Positions 48,705 to 59,290 of a stretch of 64,000 nt of DNA are shown one piece after another (the first letter of the stretch is position 1; each line of letters opens with the position of its first letter). Both the position numbers and the translations under genes were made by a program. This stretch comes from Bacteroidota bacterium. Lineage in GTDB: Bacteria > Bacteroidota > Bacteroidia > Bacteroidales > SZUA-534. Location: the NCBI GenBank assembly GCA_003250355.1, contig QKGS01000040.1, positions 70,762 through 134,761 of the forward strand, in the 5' to 3' direction. The notes below the pieces were generated by a model. It was not told the origin of the DNA. It ran no database searches and saw only the letters and a program-made list of their open reading frames with translations.

Positions 48705-49577
48705 ATGAAATACATTCAAGCAAAATCAATTTTAACGAAAGTTCGTAATGCTCCCGATTCGTGGTTTGGGTTAACTTATAATATGAATCTATATCGTGGG
48801 TGCCAACATCAGTGTATATATTGTGATTCTAGGAGCGAATGTTATCGTATCGATGATTTTGCAGAGATTAGAGTTAAACAGAATGCTATTGAAATACTTA
48901 AAAAGGAACTTAAAAGCAAAAAACTCAAAGGGACTATTGGTACAGGTGGTATGAACGATCCATATATGCCTGTTGAAGAATATGAAATGCTTACCCGCAG
49001 AGCTTTGGAGGCAATAAATATGTATAGATTTCCTGTTCATGTGCTTACCAAAAGCAATCTGGTTTTGCGCGATATCGATATTCTTCAGGAAATAGGCAAA
49101 ACATACAGTGCAGTGTCGTTTACTATTACCACAGCTATTGATAGTTTGGCAGCAATTACAGAACCCGGGGCATCATCATCTACCGAAAGATTTGAGGCCA
49201 TGAGCCAAATGGCTAAAAATGGTATTTATACCGGAATGATGTTAATGCCGGTACTTCCATTTATTACCGATTCATCGCATAATATACGTACTCTTGTAAA
49301 AATGGCTGCCGATAGCGGAGCAAAATATATTGTAGGAGCTATGGGAATGACACTTCGCGACAAACAACGAGAATACTATTACGCCCGACTTGATGAGAAT
49401 TTTCCGGGACTAAAAGAGAAGTATATTAAGAGTTTTGGGTTTAAATACGGAGTAGGCCCATCGTATGCCAAAGAGCTGAAACAGTTATTTGTTGATTGCT
49501 GTAAGGAGCACGGGTTAAAGATACGAATGGATTTTTATAAGCCTCAAAGCATTGACGAACAGCTCAGTTTATTTTAA
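48705..49577 (+). CDS. radical SAM protein (SplB / DNA-photolyase-like COG1533 type)
   Basis: CxxxCxxC cluster motif GCQHQCIYCDS close to the N-terminus, about 290 aa. The start is moved to M21 because of the upstream terminator. Confidence 0.8.
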   Translation: MKYIQAKSILTKVRNAPDSWFGLTYNMNLYRGCQHQCIYCDSRSECYRIDDFAEIRVKQNAIEILKKELKSKKLKGTIGTGGMNDPYMPVEEYEMLTRRALEAINMYRFPVHVLTKSNLVLRDIDILQEIGKTYSAVSFTITTAIDSLAAITEPGASSSTERFEAMSQMAKNGIYTGMMLMPVLPFITDSSHNIRTLVKMAADSGAKYIVGAMGMTLRDKQREYYYARLDENFPGLKEKYIKSFGFKYGVGPSYAKELKQLFVDCCKEHGLKIRMDFYKPQSIDEQLSLF

Positions 49578-50755
49578 TTGAAGTCATTATAAAGGAGGTA
49601 TTTTTTTCGTATCTCCATAAATGTTGTAATATCTTTTTTCCACATTGCTCTTATTGATTCAGCATCCATATTATTCTCAATTTGCGATTGCAAGTCTTTG
49701 GTTCCGGCAAGGCGATAAAAGAAGTTATTAAAAAAGTCGGGGTTAGCTTTGTTGTATTTATATGATGTAATAAGATATTCAAGATTCACCTTGCCATTTG
49801 CATATAATGTATCAAGCGGAATAGTTCTAAGATCATAGCCCATACAGGTTTGGTTGTTATATTTTGGATGCTTTGCACCTTCTATGCTCACTGGAGTGAA
49901 GTTAAATTCACCGGTTTTAAAATCAGGATGCCCAAATACCTGAAATGGGAATGGAGTACCGCGACCTACACTCATAATAGTTCCTTCAAACAAACCCAAT
50001 GAAGGATATAACAACACCGACCGTATGTTAGGTAAATTTGGCGAAGGCTTTATTGGTAGCTCATACCGACTATTGTGGTCATATCCTTTACACGGTAAAA
50101 CCATCAGGTTGCATACAATATTATTCTTTAGCCATCTTTCACCATTTATCATAAGTGCATATTCAGCTATTGTCATACCATGAACTAACGGCACTTTATG
50201 CATACCAACAAATGAATGTGCAGCAGAATCAAGAACAGGCCCATCAATGTAAAAACCATTTGGGTTTGGGCGGTCAAGAACTAAAACAGGAATACTGAGT
50301 TCAGCGCAAGCTTCCATAATATAGTGAAGTGTCGATATATAAGTATAGAATCGTACACCTACGTCCTGAATGTCGAACACTACAATATCAATACCGTGGA
50401 GGTCAGATGATGTAGGCTTTTTGTGCTTTCCGTAAAGCGATATTATTGGTAATCCTGTTTTTATGTCAGTTTCGTTATCAACTTTTTGTCCGGCATCGGC
50501 AATACCTCGGAAACCATGCTCCGGGCTCATTACTAATTCTAAAAATATACCGGCAGCCAGTAAAGTATCGGCCAAATGAACATTTCCAATAGTAGAGGTT
50601 TGGTTTGCAACTAATGCTACTCTTTTATTTTGCAATACAGGAAAGTAACTTTGGGTTTGCTCTGCCGCTGTAATTATTGTATTGGTTTGCGTGTAGCAGC
50701 TAGAGCTTATAAATGCTAAAAGTAGCAACAGAATATAAAAACGCACATTGTTCAT
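49574..50755 (-). CDS. namZ: DUF1343 family protein (NamZ-type exo-beta-N-acetylmuramidase)
   Basis: VALVANQTS, ISLYGKHKKPT, IVVFDIQDVGVRFYTYISTL. The ATG at 50755 gives a signal peptide (MNNVRFYILLLLLAFISSSC). The track extension to 50884 is unlikely. Confidence 0.8.
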   Translation of the reverse strand: MNNVRFYILLLLLAFISSSCYTQTNTIITAAEQTQSYFPVLQNKRVALVANQTSTIGNVHLADTLLAAGIFLELVMSPEHGFRGIADAGQKVDNETDIKTGLPIISLYGKHKKPTSSDLHGIDIVVFDIQDVGVRFYTYISTLHYIMEACAELSIPVLVLDRPNPNGFYIDGPVLDSAAHSFVGMHKVPLVHGMTIAEYALMINGERWLKNNIVCNLMVLPCKGYDHNSRYELPIKPSPNLPNIRSVLLYPSLGLFEGTIMSVGRGTPFPFQVFGHPDFKTGEFNFTPVSIEGAKHPKYNNQTCMGYDLRTIPLDTLYANGKVNLEYLITSYKYNKANPDFFNNFFYRLAGTKDLQSQIENNMDAESIRAMWKKDITTFMEIRKKYLLYNDFN

Positions 50756-50910
50756 ATTAATGGTGTAAAAATAGAATATTTTTTCAATACTAGTAATTAT
50801 GTTTATAATAATTATCCTCCTAATTGTTTTAAAAACAGGCATTTTAAAAAATGAGTAAAAAAAGAGTAATAGAAAAATGAACAAATACTTGAGGCTTTTT
50901 TAAAAATTTG

Positions 50911-50918
50911 TAGGTTTG
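50911..50918 (+). promoter_or_regulatory. -7 promoter box TAGGTTTG upstream of the MORN-repeat gene
   Basis: Exact TAnnTTTG match 22 nt upstream of the ATG at 50941. Confidence 0.4.
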
Positions 50919-50940
50919 TGAAAATCAAAAAAATTTAAAT

Positions 50941-52653
50941 ATGAAACTTCTATCCTTATCTATTTTGTTAGCTTCTTGTTTGGTTTCATTTGCGCAAAAA
51001 CCATTTGCATATTACTCTAACGGTCAGCCTGCCAGTGTTGGAGATATGGTTAAAGGAAAAGAGCAAGGGTTGTGGGTATATTACGATAGTATTGGCAATA
51101 AGCTTCAGGAAACAGAATTTCTTCATGGAGTTGTTCACGGGAAGCTAACATATTATTATAAAAATGGGAAAATAGAAAACCAGGGAACTTTTAATTTTGG
51201 AACTATTGATGGTAAATATTTTGAGAACTATTCATCGGGAAAGAAAAGAATTGAAGGCTTTTATAATCGCGGCAATAAAGATAGTTTGTGGGTATCGTAT
51301 TACCATACAGGCAACAAAGAAAAAGAGGAAAACTACAATGGCGATACTATAAAATTGCTTAATTATTGGGATATTGATGGTAATCAGATAATTAAAAATG
51401 GGAACGGTATTTTAAAGTCATTTTATAACAATGGTAGTTTAAAAGAAGAAGGTACATATAGCAATGGGTTAGAAACCGGAAAAATGAAGCGCTACTACAT
51501 GAACGGTCAGTTAATGTCGGAAGGTAATTTAACCAATGGTGTAGAAACCGGAAAGTGGACAACTTACTACAAAACAGGCGAGCTTAATAGTGTGATTAAT
51601 TATGAAAATGGAATGAACACTCGCTACTATGAAAATGGAAATAAGGAGTTTGAGGGAGTGTTAGTTAATGGAGAAAAAAATGGAGAATGGAATTACTGGT
51701 ATCACGACAGTAGTTCAAAAATAAAGGTTACATATAAAAATGGCTTAAAGCATGGTATGCAAACAAGCTGGAATGTAAACGGGCAAAAATCGAATGAAAC
51801 AAATTTTGTAGAAGGTAAAAAGCAGGGAAAAGCTACATGGTGGCATGAAGATGGAAAGCTCGATGTAGAAGGAAATTTTGAAAACGATGTTCAGGAAGGC
51901 TTATGGACATATTGGAGAACCGATGGACAAAAAGGGAACGAAGGGTATTATAAAAATGGCAAAATGACCGGAAAGTGGACTTATTGGTATGCAAATGGAG
52001 AGGTATGGAAGTATGGCGATTATGTTGAAGGAGAGCGGCACGGGCATTGGGTAATATATTACGAGAACAAACAGAAATTTCACGAAGGCGATTTTGATAA
52101 TGGTAAAGAAATAGGTTTTTGGCAACGTTGGTATGAAAATGGTCAGCTTGAACTAACCGGATATTTCGATTATGGAGTTATGGATAGTGTATGGACTTCA
52201 TGGTTTGAAGATGGTTCCGATAAATATCGCTTAACATACAAAAATGGGGTAAAACACGGTAAGGCAGAGTATTGGTATGAAAACGGCAATAAACGTCTTG
52301 AAGAACACTTTATAATGGGAGTAAATGATGGAAGCTATTTAACATGGAGAGTTGACGGAACTAAAATCTTAGAAGGTAATTATTCCAAAGGAGTAAAAAA
52401 TGGGACATGGAATTATTATAGCGAGGTAGGGCGTCAATTGCGAAGCGAAAACTATTTAAATGGAGTAGAAGATGGCTTATGGCAAGAGTGGTACAAAGAA
52501 GGGCCTCTTAGAACAGAACTCAACTATAAAAACGGAATGAAAAATGGTACTTATAAGTATTACGCAATAAAGGGAAAAGAGGTTATTTACGAAGCTGTGT
52601 ACAAAAATGACAATGTTGTAAAGGTAAAGGTCGATAATCGTCAGCCTAAGTAA
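50941..52653 (+). CDS. secreted MORN-variant (YwqK-type) repeat protein
   Basis: 570 aa. Signal peptide followed by about 20 tandem ~23-aa repeats of the form G.W..YY.NG....EG.Y.NG...G. Confidence 0.8.
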   Translation: MKLLSLSILLASCLVSFAQKPFAYYSNGQPASVGDMVKGKEQGLWVYYDSIGNKLQETEFLHGVVHGKLTYYYKNGKIENQGTFNFGTIDGKYFENYSSGKKRIEGFYNRGNKDSLWVSYYHTGNKEKEENYNGDTIKLLNYWDIDGNQIIKNGNGILKSFYNNGSLKEEGTYSNGLETGKMKRYYMNGQLMSEGNLTNGVETGKWTTYYKTGELNSVINYENGMNTRYYENGNKEFEGVLVNGEKNGEWNYWYHDSSSKIKVTYKNGLKHGMQTSWNVNGQKSNETNFVEGKKQGKATWWHEDGKLDVEGNFENDVQEGLWTYWRTDGQKGNEGYYKNGKMTGKWTYWYANGEVWKYGDYVEGERHGHWVIYYENKQKFHEGDFDNGKEIGFWQRWYENGQLELTGYFDYGVMDSVWTSWFEDGSDKYRLTYKNGVKHGKAEYWYENGNKRLEEHFIMGVNDGSYLTWRVDGTKILEGNYSKGVKNGTWNYYSEVGRQLRSENYLNGVEDGLWQEWYKEGPLRTELNYKNGMKNGTYKYYAIKGKEVIYEAVYKNDNVVKVKVDNRQPK

Positions 52654-52685
52654 TATATGCTATACGTTTATAATTATATAAGAGT

Positions 52686-53123
52686 ATGATTTTCGAACAC
52701 GAGTACTTTATGAAACAAGCTTTGCGTGAGGCCGAAAAAGCTTTCGAAAAAGCTGAAATACCTATTGGTGCGGTTATAGTTTATAAAGATCAGATAATTG
52801 CCAGAGCACATAACTTAACAGAAACTTTAAATGATGTAACCGCTCATGCCGAAATGCAGGCATTTACTTCGGCTGCCGATTTTATTGGAGGAAAATACCT
52901 GATTGATTGTTCTCTGTATGTTACAGTAGAGCCTTGTGTTATGTGTATAGGAGCATCATATTGGACGCAGATAAGTACAATTGTGTATGGTGCTGCCGAT
53001 TCAAAAAGAGGTTTTACACAATTTGGGAATACTCTAGTTCATCCGAAAGCAGAAGTTGTTGGAGGTATAATGGGAAAAGAGTGTGGTGATTTAATGAGGC
53101 GGTTTTTTAAAGGAATTCGTTAA
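52686..53123 (+). CDS. tadA: tRNA adenosine(34) deaminase
   Basis: 145 aa. FMKQALREAEKA..EIPIGAVIV, with HAEMQA and EPCVMCIGA zinc motifs. Confidence 0.88.
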   Translation: MIFEHEYFMKQALREAEKAFEKAEIPIGAVIVYKDQIIARAHNLTETLNDVTAHAEMQAFTSAADFIGGKYLIDCSLYVTVEPCVMCIGASYWTQISTIVYGAADSKRGFTQFGNTLVHPKAEVVGGIMGKECGDLMRRFFKGIR

Positions 53124-53141
53124 ATAATTATAATAATCAGA

Positions 53142-53612
53142 ATGCAAATAGATAATAAAGCACGGGCAGCAAAAGTAAAATTACTTTATATGCTCATACT
53201 TTTAATACTACTGTTAATTACAGGTGGTATTTTTTTAATGTCCGACAAAATACTACTTGTTCCTGCAGTAATATCAGTAACACTAATGTTACTATTTGTA
53301 ATTTATGTATATGTAGTTCGAATATCATATATTTCGGCACTTGTAAGCCAGGATAGTATCCGGTTCAGATATAAGGTAATGAGTCCTTTTAAAACTTCAA
53401 ATAATTCTGTTAAAATAGAATCAAAAAAATTAGTAAAAACCGAAATTGTAAAAAATGCCTTCGGATTACGTTACGACCTGGTTTTTTATGTACATACTCC
53501 CAATGGAATTGCCAAATATAATCCCATTAGTTTAAACGGATTAAAGAGAGGAGAAGTAGAGAAACTTCTGAAAGCTTTTATGTTGATAGAAACCATGAAC
53601 AAGTCATCATAA
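53142..53612 (+). CDS. hypothetical membrane protein
   Basis: 156 aa. Two N-terminal TM helices followed by a ~90-aa soluble domain. No family recognised. Confidence 0.55.
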   Translation: MQIDNKARAAKVKLLYMLILLILLLITGGIFLMSDKILLVPAVISVTLMLLFVIYVYVVRISYISALVSQDSIRFRYKVMSPFKTSNNSVKIESKKLVKTEIVKNAFGLRYDLVFYVHTPNGIAKYNPISLNGLKRGEVEKLLKAFMLIETMNKSS

Positions 53613-53624
53613 TACATAAAGTTT

Positions 53625-54722
53625 ATGAATGACACATTATATAAATATCTTGTTCTGTGGTCAGTATCGGGGATAGGGAGCATTACTGCCCGAAAAGTAA
53701 TATCGTATGCCGGAGGTATTGAAAATGTTTTCAAATTAAAGCGCAACGATTTTTATAAAATACCCGGCATCGGTGAAAGTTTGATATCTTCATTTTTATC
53801 TGACAATAATTATAAAAGAGCCGATTCGGTAATAGAATTTTCTGAAAAAAATAATATAAGAATTATATCATCTTTCGACAAAGACTACCCGTTTCGTTTA
53901 AAGCAGTGTGAAGATAGTCCGCTAATAATCTTTGTTAAAGGGCAGAATATTGAAAATGACAGAAAATATATAAGCATAGTCGGTACTAGAAATTCTACGT
54001 CTCGCGGCGACGAGTTTTGCGATAATATAATCAGGCAATTCAAAGAGCGCGGGCACAATGTGGTGATAGTAAGCGGTTTGGCATACGGAATTGATATTGC
54101 AGCCCATAAAGCTTCGTTAAAGTATGGTTTGCCTACAATAGGGGTGCTGGCTCACGGACTCGATACAATTTATCCGGCAGCACATAAAAGTACAGCGAAT
54201 GAAATGATAAAAAGCGGAGCGTTAGTAACAGAATTTTTACCAGGTCACTTTGCCGATAAATCGCATTTTGTGCGTCGAAACAGGATTATTGCAGGGCTAT
54301 GTGATGCTCTCATAGTTGTTGAAAGTAAAGATAGAGGTGGAGCTATTATTTCAGCCAATCTTGCTAATTCATATTGTCGCGATGTATTTGCAGTTCCGGG
54401 TCGAATAAGCGATAAAACATCGGAGGGGTGCAACAAGCTAATTAAAACAAACAAAGCTGCACTTATTGAGACAGTTGACGATGTAGAATATTTGTTAGGC
54501 TGGGATAAAAAAGTTATACCTAAGCAACAGAAGTTATTTGCAGAAGTTTCGGCCGATGAGCAAAAAGTATTAGATCAAATTCCCGATGGTGAGAATGTAA
54601 ATATTGACATTATAGCAAGAAATGCCGATTTACCCATGGCTAAGGTATCAGCTTTGCTGTTAAACCTTGAATTTGAGGGATTAGTAAAGAGCCTGCCTGG
54701 AAAGGTATATTCCAAATATTAA
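53625..54722 (+). CDS. dprA: DNA-processing protein DprA
   Basis: 365 aa. Rossmann-like core VSGLAYGIDIAAHKASL, GVLAHGLD.IYP, and a C-terminal winged-helix DprA extension. Confidence 0.9.
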   Translation: MNDTLYKYLVLWSVSGIGSITARKVISYAGGIENVFKLKRNDFYKIPGIGESLISSFLSDNNYKRADSVIEFSEKNNIRIISSFDKDYPFRLKQCEDSPLIIFVKGQNIENDRKYISIVGTRNSTSRGDEFCDNIIRQFKERGHNVVIVSGLAYGIDIAAHKASLKYGLPTIGVLAHGLDTIYPAAHKSTANEMIKSGALVTEFLPGHFADKSHFVRRNRIIAGLCDALIVVESKDRGGAIISANLANSYCRDVFAVPGRISDKTSEGCNKLIKTNKAALIETVDDVEYLLGWDKKVIPKQQKLFAEVSADEQKVLDQIPDGENVNIDIIARNADLPMAKVSALLLNLEFEGLVKSLPGKVYSKY

Positions 54723-54754
54723 AAGCCCGTTGTTTTATGACGGGCTTTATTTTA
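54721..54754. terminator. bidirectional intrinsic terminator
   Basis: AGCCCGT-loop-ACGGGCT with a 5' A-run and a 3' T-rich tract. It lies between the convergent dprA and the 54769 gene. Confidence 0.75.
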
Positions 54755-54768
54755 TTCTAATTAACCAA

Positions 54769-55464
54769 TTATATATTGAGATTCTTCTTTCGTGCCATTT
54801 CCAATATAAGGTCAACAGTATTGTGAGCATTGAAATATTGGCGGTTTAGGGTTGCGTCGAATAAATAGTCGAGGTTTCGAGGCTGTTTTTCAAGAAAATA
54901 GTAAAATAGTTTATGCCTCATATCGTCAGTATCGATAGCCCATTCTTCCGCTTTTTCCATTGACCATTGTCTGTTTTTCATTATGGTTTCAATCCTCCAA
55001 TAGAAAGGAGCTGTTAGTCGGATATTCAATACATTGGGTTTGCCTTGTAGTATTGCTGCTCCGGCGCGACCAACCAAAACTATATTGCCTTGTTGACAGA
55101 ATGAGGTAAGAATCTCTTTTACAGTGTTTTTTATTTTAAGGTCGTTTACATGGTCTTTACTGAATGAGATAAACATATCAATAAATTTCGATGTTTCATT
55201 GCCTTGATAGAAACTTTCAATTTTATGCTTGCTTAATCGTAGTTCTTTTGCACTTTTTTCAAGAATTTCCTTGTCAATAAAGCTCCACCGTTCATCGCCG
55301 GTGTGTGCATTAAGTCGGTCGGTAAGTATGCGGGCAATTTTTGTAGCTTCGCATCCTGCCTGACGGGAAATAGTTATAACAGGACCAAAATTATTCTCTT
55401 TCATCATGTTTTCTTTGGCCTCTTTATGTCTTTGCTCGAAGTATTTAAACAGTACATTTTCCAT
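54769..55464 (-). CDS. cytidylate kinase-like family protein (degenerate P-loop)
   Basis: 231 aa. The VITISRQAGCEATKIARILTDRL pattern resembles the 'cytidylate kinase-like family', but GxxGxGK is not intact. Confidence 0.6.
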   Translation of the reverse strand: MENVLFKYFEQRHKEAKENMMKENNFGPVITISRQAGCEATKIARILTDRLNAHTGDERWSFIDKEILEKSAKELRLSKHKIESFYQGNETSKFIDMFISFSKDHVNDLKIKNTVKEILTSFCQQGNIVLVGRAGAAILQGKPNVLNIRLTAPFYWRIETIMKNRQWSMEKAEEWAIDTDDMRHKLFYYFLEKQPRNLDYLFDATLNRQYFNAHNTVDLILEMARKKNLNI

Positions 55465-55671
55465 GGTATCCTCCCGCTTTTCATTGACAAATATTAAACA
55501 TATCTAATTTAATAAAAATCAGTGAATTATTCAATAGCGGCTAAGTAGCGTTTGCTTTAATATAAGCTGTTTTTAAACAAGAACTTATCGCAATTATTAC
55601 GTGTTTATTAATATGGGAGCAAGCTTTTTTATATATCAAAAAGGAGGATATATTTTTCTGTTTTAAAGCAT

Positions 55672-55707
55672 AAAAAAGGGTGACCAATTGTGATCACCCT
55701 TTTTTTT
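55672..55707. terminator. intrinsic terminator downstream of recQ
   Basis: GGGTGA...TCACCC stem (55678-55699) flanked by AAAAAA and TTTTTTTT. Confidence 0.75.
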
Positions 55708-57874
55708 AGTTTCCTTCATTGCATAAGAATTTTATTCTTACTAATCTAATATCTTCTTCGGGATATTCATCTTCGCCAAGCTCGGCCAATGCTGCTTCTA
55801 TTGATTCAGTTTCGGCTTCCTCCATAAAGTATTCGTAAATATCTTCCTGACGTTCTTCGTCAACAACCTCATCAATATAGTAATCAATGTTTATTTTTGT
55901 TCCGGAATATACAATTGCTTCAATCTCTTTTAGTAAGTCGTTCATTTCTAGCCCTTTTGCTTCTGCAATTGCGTCAAGAGGCATTTTTCTGTCAATACTT
56001 TGAATTATGTAAACTTTAAGACCCGATTTGTTAACAACCGACTTTACAACCATATCAACAGGTCTGTCTATTTCATTTTCATCGACATAGTTTTTAATGA
56101 GCTTAATAAAATCTGCGCCGTAGCGTTGAGCTTTTCCGGCACCAACGCCACTCATGTTTTGCAATTCTTCAAGTGTAATAGGATAATGAGTTGACATATC
56201 ATTAAGCGAGGGGTCTTGAAAAATTACAAAAGGAGGTACGTTTAATTCTGTGGCAATCTTTTTTCTTAAATCTTTAAGCATTTTGAATAGAGTGGGATCG
56301 GCCGATGCTGTTCCACTCTGTGCTCCCTGCTCTTCCTGCTCGGCTTTTTCATAATCATGATCTTTTACAAGCATAATTGATTCCGGCGACTTTAGATATT
56401 CGTGTCCCTTTTCAGTAATCTTTAGTAATCCGTAGTTTTCTATATCTTTTTTAATCAGTTTAGCAACAAGAGATTGTCGTATTACACCATGCCAAAACTT
56501 AGCGTCATTTTCTTTACCAATACCAAATTCAGGTATTTTATGGTGTTTAAATGATTTTATTGAATAGTCGGCATGTCCGCTTATTAGGTTTGCGATATAG
56601 TCGGCTTTATAGTTTTCGGTTACTGCAAGTATTACTTTAATAAGTGTAGTTACATATTTTTTACCTTCAAATTGTTCTTTCGGATTATTACAGTTGTCAC
56701 AGTTATTACATGGTTCAGTCATATCTTCACCAAAATAGCTTAGTAACATTTTAGGTCTGCAAACTGCCGATTCGGCATATGAAACAGTTTCAAGAAGTAA
56801 GTGTTTTCCTATTTCTTGTTCTGCAACAGGCTTCCCCTGCATAAACTTTTCTAGTTTTTGAATGTCTTTATATGTATAAAAAACTATACATTGACCTTCG
56901 CCTCCGTCGCGACCTGCTCTGCCTGTTTCCTGATAGTAACCTTCAAGACTTTTGGGTATATCGTAATGTATCACAAACCGAACATCGGGTTTGTCAATAC
57001 CCATACCAAATGCAATAGTAGCAACAATAACATCAACTTGTTCCATTAAAAACATATCTTGATGTTTTGAACGGGTGGCACTATCCATACCTGCATGATA
57101 TGCCAATGCATTTATGCCGTTAACTTGTAATGTTTCAGCAAGTTCTTCAACCTTTTTCCTGCTCAAACAGTAAACTATTCCTGATTTGCCCGAGTTGTTT
57201 TTTATAAACTGAATTATTTGCTTTGTTTCGTTTACTTTTGGTCTTACTTCGTAATAGAGGTTTGGTCTGAAAAAAGAATCTTTAAATACATCGCCTTCGC
57301 TCATACCAAGGTTCTTCATTATGTCATGCTGAACTTTTGGTGTAGCTGTTGCAGTAAGTCCAATAATAGGAGCTTTACCAATTTCTTCAACTATGGGACG
57401 TATTCTTCTGTATTCGGGTCTGAAATCATGACCCCACTCCGATATGCAGTGAGCTTCATCTACAGCATAAAACGATATTTTAATCTGCTGTAAAAAGCTG
57501 ATATTTTCTTCTTTAGTTAGTGATTCCGGAGCAACATAAAGCAGTTTTGTTTTTCCGGCAATTACATCTTCTTTAACTTTATGTATTTCACCTCGAGTTA
57601 GCGACGAGTTGAGAAAGTGAGCTACACTATCGTCGTTGCTAAAGCTTCGCATAGCATCAACCTGATTTTTCATTAAGGCAATTAGAGGCGATATAATAAT
57701 TGCTGTTCCCTCTTTAATAAGTGCAGGCAATTGATAACACAATGATTTGCCACCTCCGGTTGGCATTAGAACAAATGTATCTTTATCAGCAAGAATATTT
57801 TTAATTATAGTCTCTTGGTTACCTTTAAATGTATTGAAACCAAAATACTTTTTTAATTGAGCCGTTAAATCCAT
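55706..57874 (-). CDS. recQ: ATP-dependent DNA helicase RecQ
   Basis: 722 aa. LKKYFGF..F...Q, PTGGGKSLCYQLPAL, DEAH box (VDEAHCISEWGHDFRPEY), Zn/RQC region, and a C-terminal HRDC-like domain. Confidence 0.95.
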   Translation of the reverse strand: MDLTAQLKKYFGFNTFKGNQETIIKNILADKDTFVLMPTGGGKSLCYQLPALIKEGTAIIISPLIALMKNQVDAMRSFSNDDSVAHFLNSSLTRGEIHKVKEDVIAGKTKLLYVAPESLTKEENISFLQQIKISFYAVDEAHCISEWGHDFRPEYRRIRPIVEEIGKAPIIGLTATATPKVQHDIMKNLGMSEGDVFKDSFFRPNLYYEVRPKVNETKQIIQFIKNNSGKSGIVYCLSRKKVEELAETLQVNGINALAYHAGMDSATRSKHQDMFLMEQVDVIVATIAFGMGIDKPDVRFVIHYDIPKSLEGYYQETGRAGRDGGEGQCIVFYTYKDIQKLEKFMQGKPVAEQEIGKHLLLETVSYAESAVCRPKMLLSYFGEDMTEPCNNCDNCNNPKEQFEGKKYVTTLIKVILAVTENYKADYIANLISGHADYSIKSFKHHKIPEFGIGKENDAKFWHGVIRQSLVAKLIKKDIENYGLLKITEKGHEYLKSPESIMLVKDHDYEKAEQEEQGAQSGTASADPTLFKMLKDLRKKIATELNVPPFVIFQDPSLNDMSTHYPITLEELQNMSGVGAGKAQRYGADFIKLIKNYVDENEIDRPVDMVVKSVVNKSGLKVYIIQSIDRKMPLDAIAEAKGLEMNDLLKEIEAIVYSGTKINIDYYIDEVVDEERQEDIYEYFMEEAETESIEAALAELGEDEYPEEDIRLVRIKFLCNEGN

Positions 57875-58266
57875 ATTTTAACCCTTTAAGAATATAAAAT
57901 GTGCTTCTTTAAGTATGTACTCCTTTATCTAAATTAATAAAAAAATATTAATTGGGAAAGCCTTTTATTCACAATATTTTAACGTAAATGCCTGTTTAAC
58001 AAAAAGATGCTATAAAGCATATTAGTAATCCATATTGGAAATATGTACTGAATTATAATTATTATTAAACGAGAAAATATAATACACCTAATAAAGTGAA
58101 AGGCATACAAAAATAGCATTTTTACAGAAATGCAGTTAATTGTTTTTAGTTAAATAACTCATAAGTATTAATGATGGTATCGTTTTTTTACACTTTTCAA
58201 CATAAAAACGTTAATAACAAAGGTGGTACAGGTTGTTTCATGAATCTGAATTAGGTTAGTTTTGTA

Positions 58267-58274
58267 AAAAACTT
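58267..58274 (+). promoter_or_regulatory. -7 promoter box TAGTTTTG; implies a leaderless or near-leaderless mRNA
   Basis: Exact TAnnTTTG match ending only 5 nt before the ATG at 58280. Confidence 0.35.
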
Positions 58275-58279
58275 ATTGA

Positions 58280-59185
58280 ATGTTGAAACTGGGTATTGTA
58301 GGTAAGCATAATTATGTTTCTGAATTTGTTAATGATTTAAGTACTTCCGATTTTTTTGTTTTTGCAGGAATATACGATCCTGTTTTTCAAATAAATGGAA
58401 AGGGAAATGTTGGTGTTGGAGTTAAGTTTTTTTCTGATTTTGAAATATTCATCAATACTGTTGATGCTGTTGTGTTTTATTCTTGTGAAAAAATAAATTT
58501 TCATTTATTGCAAAATATTATAAAACAGAGTGTACCGGTGTTTATAAAAGGGACATCAAATTTCGATATTGAGCAACATAAAATATTACTGAAATTAGAA
58601 GAAGAGTCGGGACAGGTAATTCAGGTGTATCACCCTTACAATTTACATAATATTGTAAATAGGAAAGGTGGCTATTTTCAACTCCCTTATCATATTTCAG
58701 TCGATTGTTCATTAAATGATATTTCCTTAATAAAGGATAATCTTAGAAATTCTATTAATGCTGTTTTGTTGTTAGCCAATTCTGACATTAAGAAAAGCTC
58801 AGAACATACATTTTCAGTGTTCAACAATATTCCCGACAGTTATAATGTAAATATTGATTTTAGGAATGGTAGTATTGGAAAAATAGATGTAAGGGCGACC
58901 GATGATATTAGTGAGCACATTATAAAAGTATACACACACGATGAAGCATATTTTTTTGATATTTTAAAAGGAGTGTGTATAAAGAAAGTTAAGAATAATG
59001 ATGAAATATTGAGTGAAACTATAGATACTAATATGATGTTTTCTCTTAATAGTCAGTTGAAAGAGTTTTATTTGAATATTTTATATAATAACAGTATAAA
59101 AAGTGGTTTTTCATATAGTCTTAAGTCACAGCAAATTATGAATAAGATTAATGAAAAAGTTAAAACGGTTTTTAGTTTGATATAG
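58280..59185 (+). CDS. hypothetical protein (possibly a degenerate Gfo/Idh/MocA-like fold)
   Basis: 301-aa, very AT-rich ORF. The N-terminal LKLGIVGKHNY strand-loop lacks an intact GxGxxG motif. Weak family assignment. Confidence 0.45.
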   Translation: MLKLGIVGKHNYVSEFVNDLSTSDFFVFAGIYDPVFQINGKGNVGVGVKFFSDFEIFINTVDAVVFYSCEKINFHLLQNIIKQSVPVFIKGTSNFDIEQHKILLKLEEESGQVIQVYHPYNLHNIVNRKGGYFQLPYHISVDCSLNDISLIKDNLRNSINAVLLLANSDIKKSSEHTFSVFNNIPDSYNVNIDFRNGSIGKIDVRATDDISEHIIKVYTHDEAYFFDILKGVCIKKVKNNDEILSETIDTNMMFSLNSQLKEFYLNILYNNSIKSGFSYSLKSQQIMNKINEKVKTVFSLI

Positions 59186-59290
59186 AGAAAAATAATTTTT
59201 TATTACTTTCTTTACGCAACCTTAACAATAGAGTGTGCATCGAATTAGTATCGACACAAGGGGTTATATCCTTAAAGGAAAAGCAAACTT

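Noticed and set aside
50941-52653. MORN/YwqK-type repeat protein as a toxin-antitoxin component
   Set aside because: The 'YwqK antitoxin' label is a family name only. This protein is a 570-aa secreted repeat protein with no adjacent toxin-like gene.
57875-58279. 405-bp AT-rich spacer upstream of the hypothetical/sugar-transferase genes, examined for an invertible promoter (flanking inverted repeats) or a small RNA
   Set aside because: Only short 5-6-bp hairpins were found. There are no long inverted repeats, no recombinase gene nearby and no terminator-bounded unit.
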